A stretch of DNA of 62,203 nucleotides, counting the filler, from Choristocarpus tenellus KU-1152 (lineage: Eukaryota; Protista; Phaeophyceae): assembly GCA_964200185.2 (NCBI GenBank). It is 8 parts of 8 records of this genome, joined end to end, with 100 filler letters (N's around TTAATTAATTAA, not from the genome) between each part and the next. Parts side by side here need not be neighbours in the genome. Positions count along the whole stretch, not along the records: positions 45,594 to 59,211 come from CAXNAD020001432.1; positions 59,312 to 62,203 come from CAXNAD020023866.1; 6 more parts are not named here. The stretch is one strand, 5' to 3'. Under the pieces are notes generated by a model, which had not been told where the DNA came from, ran no database searches, and saw nothing but the letters and a program-made list of their open reading frames with translations. How positions within the stretch are numbered: position 1 is the stretch's first letter; each line of letters starts with the position of its first letter. The position numbers and the translations under genes are program-made. Shown in pieces: positions 52,801 to 62,203 of the stretch.

Positions 52801-54439
52801 AATATTCAAATCCCAATATTCTGTTCATGTCCCAGGTCGGTGCTTATGTGCTAAATTTCAATGGTCGTGTGACGATGGCTAGCGTGAAGAACTTCCAGCT
52901 GGTATCCACTGAAGATTTTGACCGCATCATATTGCAGTTTGGACGGGTAGCAAAAGATGAATTCACAATGGACATGCAGGCAAGCTTGTTGTTTTATTCT
53001 CGTTTCCAGCGCTTTAGTTGTCTCCAACAACTATATATTCACGATTTGCTTGTGCAGGGTAGATATACATAAGGTTTAGAGATTTCGAGGGAGAGGGTGG
53101 CATTGGAATATGCAATAGTTGGGACTGGAAATTGAGGATGAGTTGAATCAAGGTAGTGCCACTGAACTTCAATGGGTAGGGAGTATGCTAAAAGAGAAAT
53201 GTTTACACCCCAGGGAAGGTCTACTTTCCACATGGGGCATTCGTCTTGCGATACCTCTTACCCCTTCAACCTCAAAATATTGATTCATCCTGGCTTGAGT
53301 GAAATTAACTTAGACCCAAAGTATCTGGGGGGGGGGGGGTTCTACACCAGGGTGTCAATTTGGGTCAAAACCAGGAAAGTGTACTTTCATTATCCATCGG
53401 ACATATGCAACCAAATCACCCCAAAATCGTGACATGATAAAATTGACCCCAAATGGACAGCCGCCACCCCCTCTCGGATACTTTGAGCCTTACAGATCCC
53501 ATATGGAGGTTGCAAACCTGAAGACAGATTTAAGTTGCCATTAATGGCCCATCTACTCCGGTAAGAGCGAAGAATAATAGTTATTTGTATGGTCACAATC
53601 TACTCAATGAGTACACCTAAAATTAGTAAATTCCTCGTTTTCTTATCAAATAGAAACCTACATTTTCTCCGCTGTGTTGAACACCATTGGGAAGGACTAA
53701 GTTGGACAGTGGGCCATGCCAAACTCTGTTTAAACCTTGCCAGTACTCATACAGTGCATCTTGTTTTGTCCCTTGTATGGTTGAGCATCAATAGAAAAAG
53801 TACTAGAAGCCATATCCTTCACATATTTCTCGGCATCCTTAAAGAGTTAACTCTTTTATCCTCTCTTTTACTTCAACTCACTTTGAGTATCAAAATAGAT
53901 GAGCCCAGGGAAAAATTAGCAGGAATACTGTCCTCCTGTTCTTTAGCTCCTGTATCCATTCCCATGGAGTAGTCTTGCTAGTGAAAATTATGGTAAGGTT
54001 ATAGGATAGGGTACAAGGTGCGAAACTAAATGACAACATCATCAGTATCAGGCATTCTCTGCAATAAGCCTCAAGGATACATCTTTATCAATAAAGTAGG
54101 AAGAGGTGGACAGTGAGCATCCTGTAAAGCTGTGTTCGCTCACCATCCCTCCCACTTCACACCGAAGTAGTTGTTACCTGGTGGTACAGCTGTGTTCCAA
54201 CCACTCTAACAGTCAATATCCCTTTGCCGGACTACAGGTCAAGGTGCAGTCACCCCAGCCACGTCTTTGCCCTTTGGAAACACAGTGCCTACACAAAATC
54301 TGACCTAACCAGAGATTCTGTGCCTGCCCCGATGTACTTTCACACCCCTTTCACACATATCCCACAGTATCCAATGTCTCCATTTCAGGCTTTTGCCATT
54401 ACTCTCAGCTCATTCGACTCCAAGATCGCTTGTGATTGA
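46856..54439 (+). CDS. Tubby-like protein, last three exons (Tub domain C-terminus)
   Basis: Exons 46856-47017, 52836-52979 (GC donor), 54368-54439: ..[77 protein letters not shown], the canonical Tubby C-terminus. Confidence 0.96.
47730..47986 (+). mobile_element. MITE A in Tubby intron
   Basis: Full TIRs, TSD TTGA/TTGA. Confidence 0.92.
48972..49228 (+). mobile_element. MITE A in Tubby intron
   Basis: Full TIRs, TSD ATGG/ATGG. Confidence 0.92.
49240..50560 (-). mobile_element. Decayed plant-type (DD39D-like) Tc1/mariner transposase pseudogene
   Basis: Frameshifted segments [76 protein letters not shown], matching Soymar/Osmar-type transposases. Confidence 0.88.
50827..51816 (-). mobile_element. 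Nested MITE stack: A (50827-51816) > A2 (51076-51775) > A (51101-51539) > B (51334-51508)
   Basis: Each host resumes after the inner element; TSDs CAA (A2), AGG (inner A), AAA (B). Confidence 0.85.
52185..52442 (+). mobile_element. MITE A inside an older repeat
   Basis: TIRs GATTGGAAGTATCTTAGAGGGTA...TACCCTCTAAGATACTTTGACTC; flanks TTCT/TTCG. Confidence 0.9.
53313..53489 (-). mobile_element. MITE B in last Tubby intron
   Basis: GACCCAAAGTATCT(G)n...GATACTTTGAGCC, TSD TTA. Confidence 0.88.
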
Positions 54440-55839
54440 GACATGGAACAAGTCACTGATTCTCCAGAATACTGACAAGATTGCCACAGTAGAGATGTTG
54501 TGAAGGTATAGGCGTTCTATCGACTCAATGTGACACAAGAAACTATAGTATGGATGAAAATGTGGGGTGTTGTGCCACGTTCCACCCTTCAAGTCTTAGC
54601 TGTGTTCTTCAATATGACTGGATAATTGCAGCAGAGGAGTTGCTCCAACAAAATTGGCCTTTCTTTAGGATGGGTAAGTTCATACTTTGAGCTCTTGAGT
54701 ACTGACGATGGATGGTTCAAATCTATGTGTAGAATCCATTAGTGACAACGGTTCTCTTTCATTTACCAGGACATTGAGTATCACCCGCTCAAGTACGTGC
54801 CCTCTGGGAGGCGATAACCCCCACCACAAGTGAAATACTTGCGGGTTACGTCACAATCGACTCACTTTACATGGCAAGAGTTGGCCACATCACTAAGCAA
54901 AGAATTCTGTTCTTTGACCTTCTGTGTACCCCAGAGAATGCACTTGTATTTTATGTTTCATTCTTAGGACATTGTTGTCAAGTTCATGAGGTCATTAGAT
55001 AGGCAATAGTGTGTTCGGAGCTGCTACAGATTGCTGCAATGCATGCACATTCTATGTAGTATGGGCAACAACCTAGCAATAGCTCTCAGAAATTCTTAGC
55101 TAGTATCTCTTCTGGTTTGGTCTGGTAGAGAATGTTGGAGAACCTTTGTTGGGTAGGGCCCACAGTGGAGGTGAGGGGGGATCCTGTCAACTCATCCCTA
55201 ATATGGGCTCCACATTATGGCACAAGATAAGGACATCGTAACTATTTAAGTGCTGTAAACGTTTGATAGACCAAGAGAGCAGGAAGATAGGATGGAGGCA
55301 GAAGAGTTTCTTGCATTTTTTTTGTTGGCATCACTCAATAGCAACCAAGTAAGGACAAGTAACACTACTTGTCATAGCAATGGCTCTAGCAATATGGAGA
55401 GAGTGTGTTTTGGAGGATCATCGCCAGTCAATTCTGACTTTCCTGGTTCAGCTCTGGACACTAGAAAGTGTGAGATAAAAGCAACATGAAACATATCACC
55501 ACTTACCTGACGCAGCAGTAAGCAATGCCCTATGCAGCATTCTACAGCAATATCCCTCCTTCAACTTTTCTTGGGATTTACCGTGCTGCTGCTTCCTACT
55601 CACCCTTGAATTCTGAGAGTCAATAGAATTACCGTACCAATGCTACCTTGAGCGGAAGCCCTGCTGTATTTTAAGTAGAACAATGCTATACCTGATCATT
55701 CCTTGTGAATTGTCTTTCTGTAGGGAGTGGTCAACTAGGAGTATAGGTCATCTGCCAAGATGTGAGAACACAGAAATATGTGTGTTGTATGAATGTGATA
55801 GTAGTCTACGAGTGTTCAGTGATATCTCTCCTTGATGCA

Positions 55840-56720
55840 AAAAATGTCTGCTGAGGTGTTGGAAACCACGATGCAAAAGGTGTACTCCTTTCGTGCTGGC
55901 AGCACGCACATGGCAGAATAAATGCGTTCTATCTAAAAGGCATTTTTACGTACATTGTAAGAATCAATATTTGGTTTCTAGTTCGTTTTGTTCACTATAT
56001 TTGAAAGGAAAAAAATAAAATTGAATCACTTTGCTGCATCACATGTGAAGACCTTGCAATCAATCAACGCTCAGTGGTGCATTTGGAAGATCAGGATCCT
56101 GGCATCCTAAAGCATTATTTTCATCTGTAGGGAGTCACAGCAGTTGCACAGTGGTGCCTAGGAGTTGAGAGGTCGGTTTGGAGGTTGTTAAATCGAGTTG
56201 GGAACAATATCGACCTGATGACGTCCAATGAAGCAATTGACTATTCCACTGGTACCTAGAATCTGCTGTGCGGCGCCCACGGTTTCAGATTTGCACAGCT
56301 CGAAGCTGTTCACAAGATAAAATAAGGTTGTACAGAGGTATCACAACTTGAGATTTCTGAGGACTTTAAGACAGGCTTGATCATGAGGAAGCCTAAGTCT
56401 GGAAAGAAAGTGGGCAAGGGAGTGAATGTGGGAAGAAGACAAAGGCCAAGCTGCTAGCCTTGAATGAAGCTGCTAAATGTACCCAGGTGAAGAATTTGAA
56501 GCTAGAGACCACTGAGGAAGATGGAGGGAGTGAGCCGACGGGGGAGAACCTCATTGCTCCCTCTGGGAGTGAGGATGACATCCTCCGAGTGTTGTAGATT
56601 GAGGAGAAGATTAAAGAGCAGGAGGAGAATGTAGACGAAAGAGTTGATGTAGAGATGACGACCCATGAGTATAAAACATTCCAATGCTTCGATTCTTCAC
56701 TGACACAACATCAATGATTA
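55840..56720 (+). pseudogene. Decayed coding-like relic, possibly hAT transposase
   Basis: QKVYSFRAGSTH (cf. hAT ..VY.FF..S..R), TQW (cf. TRW), then an acidic ORF-like tail broken by stops; weak. Confidence 0.25.
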
Positions 56721-59700
56721 GCACGGCCTGGAAAGCCAATCCCACAGGGTAACATGATGCAGTCATACATACAAAATTAGTAATTAGTGTCTGCCACTAC
56801 CAGCGTATGTATCCTCTCTTTTTTTCAAGCAAATGTTGTGAACCACGACAGTTCAATCGACTTCGAGGACAATCGAAAAGAGTTCAGCTATTCGTGTATG
56901 TAATTTTTGTATCTTGTGGAAACAAGATGGAACCGGAGCCTGATGAGATCCTGGTCACAATCGCTGAAAGGCAGAAAAAGTCAGGAGCGCGCGCAAAAGT
57001 TAGACAGTAGACCCCTCGGGTTGAAGTCTCCAGCTTAGAATTCTTTAGAGTGCACGCAAATGTTGAGTCTTGTCAAATGACTAGTTACACATCCACATGG
57101 TGACTTTGCCAGCGGTACAGAACTCAGATGGCGACCTCCAAATCAACCACAACCTGAGAAACCACATACAGGCCTTCAAGTCTGGGAACAAGGAGGAAGG
57201 CTTTTCAAGGCTTTAAGAACATGAAGAAGAGAGAAGAGAGATCGAAGTCGGGTGATGAAACCTTTGATTGAGTAAATTGGGGTCTGAATGGGGGCAAAGT
57301 CAATCAAGGAAAATGTTAAAACATTTGTACTTATTTTATTTGTTTTGATTTGATACCATATCGTCAGTCCATACTAGATGTTGATTTGTCCTTTGTAATG
57401 GTCACTATTCTCACTTACCTCATTAGCTCCTTCTCATCATCACACCATTATTCACCTTCAGAATATTACAGTACATAGGAAGCATAAGAACAGTCGCTTC
57501 CATTCACACATACAGGCGTACCATCTGTTGCATCAATTCCCTCACCTATTGATTCTAGAGTGTCTTCTTGTTTCTTCTTTGTTTTCCGTTTCTTCTTCAC
57601 ACAAGAGATTGTCAGTTCCATATTATGTGTATTAGTTTTCTTGACTGGGATTGGCTCCCCATAATTCATCATGCTGACTCTGCAATACGTGTACCAGACA
57701 CAAGCTGGGATGCAATATAATCAGAGTTAAGAACATCCCTCGAAATCCTTCCCAGCTAAGGTGACCAGCCTCTTGACGAAGCAAGCATTTCTTCATTTGA
57801 ACATCTCATTGAATGATCACACATTTCCCATCAACCATAGTTTGAGTAAAATATGCCGTCAGACGCACCAGAACAAATTCAAAGGTGTTTTGTTGCATTA
57901 TGATACACACCTTTCTCTAAAAGTGCTAACCACAGCACAACCAAACACACTTTCACATCAACCATTGTCTGATTGAGTACAACTTGTCATCAGTCCTACC
58001 AGAACAAAATCACAGGTGTTTTGTTCTACTGTGATACCTTTCGTCACAAACTAGACACAGCACAACAATGCACAACACATACGAACCCAGATTTCAACAG
58101 AAAAAAGAAGAAACATTTTATGAGATACAACTGGGGGTTCTGCTGTGAGGATATAAATGAAGAAACGAACTTTAATGAATATCTGAGACACCTAATATGG
58201 CGCATATTATACTTGTATGTTTGAGAGATGTTGACTGTTTCAGACTTCCTATGAACCTTGAAATAGCAACGGTAATTCATGACCCTATAATGTAGTATCA
58301 ATGATGTAATAGATGTGCAAAATAGGACAATAGTGAGGTGTACCTTATTTTGTGTATGAGAGATGTAACTAATGAGATAGTACATCCGGATTATGAATGG
58401 GATTATGAATGGGTTTTTATTCTACATTCAAGTACTTTCATATAACCGTTGACTTATGTATGAGACATAAATAATACTAAAACAAGCAATGAGAAGACAC
58501 CCCACAAAGGTCACTCTTCTAATTCCATCCATTCTTTTACATTCAGCAAAGGGGATCGTGTGAGGCTCCACACCTTCTTGTCTTCATCACTGATAAATAG
58601 CAATATCTTCAGGGTAAAGTGCACAATAGATGAGTTACGACTAGTACGGATGTGGGAATCAACACTACGAACTGGCAATTCTGCATGGTTTCAATAACCA
58701 ACCGATGAATACCTATGTTTCAACATCGGGAACACAGCATCGATTTTTTCAAATTGGAGGTGCCGGATTGAATTACCTTTCTGTGTCACATTGTGGTAGT
58801 AACTATGAACTGCCAGCTACTCTCGGTAGGACGGGCATAGATGCCATTCCTTCACCTTTTCGTCTCTTACTCCTCTTCATGTCTACGCTGTTGATATTGT
58901 GGGATGAACAAGGTCTTCACTATACGCATCAACATATAACCTCGTTTTTACTGAAAAAGGTGGCGAGGAACAGTCATTTTCAAAAGAAGATATCCACCCA
59001 ACGGTCGTAATGCCTGATCACTGTGAACCCCTTGATTTGCTGTGAGGGCGGTCACGAACGGTCTTCAGACCAGGGTTGAGGAGATGATGCTTCAAGATGA
59101 AGATGCGACTGTGAGTGATGGGGCTCAAAGTATCTGGGAGGGGGTGGCGGCTGTCCATTTGGGGTCAATTTTTGTATGTCGCAATTCCTGGGTTACGTGG
59201 TTGCGTACCTCNNNNNNNNNNNNNNNNNNNNNNNNNNNNNNNNNNNNNNNNNNNNTTAATTAATTAANNNNNNNNNNNNNNNNNNNNNNNNNNNNNNNNN
59301 NNNNNNNNNNNCCAACCCCCCTCGCCCCCCCTTTTTCCCCCCCCCCCCCCCCACCCCCCCCAAAAAAACAAAATATGTGCTGTACAACAATTTTGTTTGT
59401 AATTTCAGTTGAATAAGGTATCAATTACGACTACAACAGTCTTCTTTGAACGAACCCACATTGCGCTGAACCTCTCATTCACATCAAATAAATTCCACGA
59501 AAAAACAAAACAAAAATGTCAAATCAAACAGAACCAATACTGATTCACACTCACACAAAACCACTTCATCCCGAGAAATCAATAAAAAAATAAATAATGC
59601 ACAATACAGTCAAAACACAAGATCCACCACCTTCAGAACACAAACCTCAGTTCAACCAAGACACACCCATTGTATCACTTGTATCATTTCACCACTTCAC

Positions 59701-59897
59701 CGAGAGGCCTTTTCCTGCCATAAATATAATAAATACAATAAATATAATCTTACTTTCTTTTTCTTCTCAGAATAAACAAAAATAAACAACCGGGGACAAA
59801 CTAAAAAGTCAAAAAAACACAACGGATACACACGCCTCCATCACAAACAAGCCAATCAATAATAACCCAGAAAAAAAAACATATGTATCACTAAAAT

Positions 59898-60043
59898 GAT
59901 CCTGTTGTTGGAACATTAGTAAACCCTAACCCCTGGGTCTACCGAGGAGCTAGTCAGTCAAAGGGTTAGGGTTAGGAGCATAGGACTTTAGCCGACTACG
60001 TCCTCGGTATACACAGGGGGTGCACTAATGTTCCAACAGATCC
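59898..60043. mobile_element. Foldback (hairpin) element with TTAGGG repeats, in myosin intron
   Basis: Left arm tgttggaacattagt..acccctgggtctaccgaggagctagtcagtcaaag pairs with right arm ctttagccgactacgtcctcggtatacacagggggt..actaatgttccaaca; loop contains ggttagggttagg. Confidence 0.7.
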
Positions 60044-60168
60044 CAATCGAAAGCATAACAAAAATATACACCCACGCTTGAAAAAAAAAATAATCTTGAT
60101 AATAACAATAATAATAATAATAATACTGAAAAAGAAAAGTAAACAAAAACATAACAAAACATACACAC

Positions 60169-61841
60169 CTTCTTAACCAGCCAATCAAAGATCGCGGAGT
60201 ATATAGCCTTGCACAGAGCGTCACGGAGGTGGTGGCACCTTTGTGAATCCAAGTAGACAGTGTACCACTCGTGTCCAGCCTGTAACATCATTATTACCAT
60301 GATGCAATTCTCTTAATATTGTTATAATTCTATTTGATCATTAATAGTATGATGCATCTCTCTTCATTTTGTCGTATTACTCTTGCACTTTTTTTTTTGT
60401 TTTAGCACTATGGCATCATTATGCCACAATACAAATCTTTTAATATTGTAACTTCACTAATACATCATTAGCAGTTGCATCCTTCATAAATTTTATACCC
60501 ATTGATATTTTGAACATTCATGTATACGCTATACATTGCAACACAAAATAATAAAAAAATACAAAAAAGTTAAAAAAAAGAAACACACCGGTGGCGACCT
60601 CATCCCATTTATAACAAAAAAAGTCTTCCTCTATAATAATAAAAAAACAACAGACGCCTTCCTCACAACCGCCACTAAAATAACAAAAAACAAAAAAGAG
60701 TATAATCCACCTCCAGTACCAGCTTGACACTACCATGAAGTCACTCTCCAAACACCCTTACTCCATAACCACATAAAAAAACGTAACCACTACTTCCATC
60801 AACATACATTAATAGTAAATATCAACAGCATGAAAGTAGTACACGAGTCACTCTATCTAACCATAGACCAATTCCTGACAAAACAAAATAATTTTCAGTC
60901 AACGATACACATCTATCTTCCCGTCTTAAAAATGACACCTTACCATGCAAAAACCATAGACCATGCTTCCTAAAAACAAAAACAATACAATAAAAATATA
61001 GTTAAAAATAGAAATAATAAAAATACCAAGGGTTACCACACCACACTACCATACATCATATTCCAATAATAACAATAACAACAGTACCCAAAGATAAGCC
61101 AACCAACCATCAATCACCCCAAACATCCATCTCCTGCATACACAACAGGTAACGCGCCTCAACAGTCTTGTCCAAACCCTCCTCGGCAGCACGAACAACA
61201 CAAACTCAATCAGCACACCTTACACAGACACACATGGGGGCATCCAACAAACACTACCGCCACCCACAAAACATCAAACTCCCTCGAGATCGCCTTAACA
61301 ATACCCTCACCTCTACAACACATACACATCCACCACATACATACCCATGCTTCACTCACACGTGACAAACATTACACACACAAACCACTGGGATTACTGT
61401 GCTCCTACCCTAACTCTACTACATACTACTTAGCAAACTGTACTGCTCCTACCCTAACCCTACTACTACTACTACTAAAACACCTGTGATTATCTTTTTT
61501 TATTTCTGTGAACGCAAAAGCGTGTCTGAGTGTACATGTCCTGTGAAGCTAACAGAGACGAAAAAAAATCCCCTTCCCTCAAAAATAAATAAATATATAT
61601 ATATATATTTATTTTTATTTTCTTTCCAAAGCACAAGCCCAAGAAGTATTTCAATAATAATAATAATAAATACTACACACACTAAAGAAATCACATAAAA
61701 CTCCATCCAACTAAAGTCGATATTCATCATTGCAATAAATAACCTCATCCTTGACTCAATCCAGTCCACACCTTGATTCTCCTGAAGGACATGGCGTTGA
61801 TAAGCAAGTCCTTATCCACTTGCAGCAGCTCTGCCGCTCGC
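60169..61841 (-). CDS. Myosin motor domain, two internal exons
   Basis: Exons 61841-61772 (RAAELLQVDKDLLINAMSFRRIK) and 60279-60169 (AGHEWYTVYLDSQRCHHLRDALCKAIYSAIFDWLVKK); RDALAK.IY..LFDWLV is a myosin signature; phases compatible. Confidence 0.92.
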
Positions 61842-62097
61842 CTGAAACCCCCCCAAAAAAAACAGGACAGACACAACAAGTGTTGATGGGAAACCCCAGA
61901 TGATTAATAGAGAGTTTGGGCAGAGTGCGTGTGTCTGCCTGCCTATCTGTGATGTCAATATCCAAAATGTACAAAAATAAATAAAAAGTACAACATGCCA
62001 CGCTGATAGCATCAAAACCACCAGTGGCGGAATAAAAATTTGACCTGAAAAAAAACTGGATGCCCTATTTTGTCGCGGATGTAACGGAATTATGCAT

Positions 62098-62146
<49 letters not shown>

Positions 62147-62203
62147 CCCCCCCTCGGGGGAATTTTTTTCGTCAAGGGGAACAATAAAATATTTTATAAA
62201 AAA

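Noticed and set aside
24333-61841. Functional cluster of ciliary/motility genes (DM10, Tubby, myosin)
   Set aside because: They lie on different spacer-separated blocks, so linkage is not established.

Overview
Intron-rich eukaryotic genomic DNA, most likely a brown alga or close stramenopile relative (inferred from gene structure and repeat types; not database-checked). The window is 8 sequence blocks joined by seven 100-bp N/TTAATTAATTAA/N spacers, so adjacency across spacers is unproven. Spliced genes reconstructed by hand: a DUF501-family protein (+, 870-4273), a K+-dependent Na+/Ca2+ exchanger (NCKX/SLC24-like, -, 11099-19014) head-to-head with a BTB-BACK protein (+, from 19538), the 5' ends of an EFHC1/Rib72-like DM10 protein (+), PEX3 (-) head-to-head with an aldo-keto reductase-fold protein lacking the catalytic tetrad (+), prolidase PEPD (-), the 3' end of a Tubby protein (+, with a GC-AG intron) and two myosin motor exons (-). 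Introns and intergenic DNA are full of mobile-element relics: about 20 copies of related MITEs (TIR core AAAGTATCT, 3-4 bp TSDs), including a four-level nested stack at 50827-51816, a decayed plant-type DD39D mariner, CRE-like non-LTR 3' ends, two copies of a ~465-bp LTR (one followed by a tRNA-Gln-like PBS), a MULE-like relic, minisatellites, and a ~145-bp foldback element with TTAGGG repeats in its loop. No CRISPR, rRNA or intact tRNA was seen, and I cannot support a multi-gene novel system. The best leads are the AKR pseudoenzyme, the self-nesting unclassified MITE family and the eukaryotic DUF501 gene.
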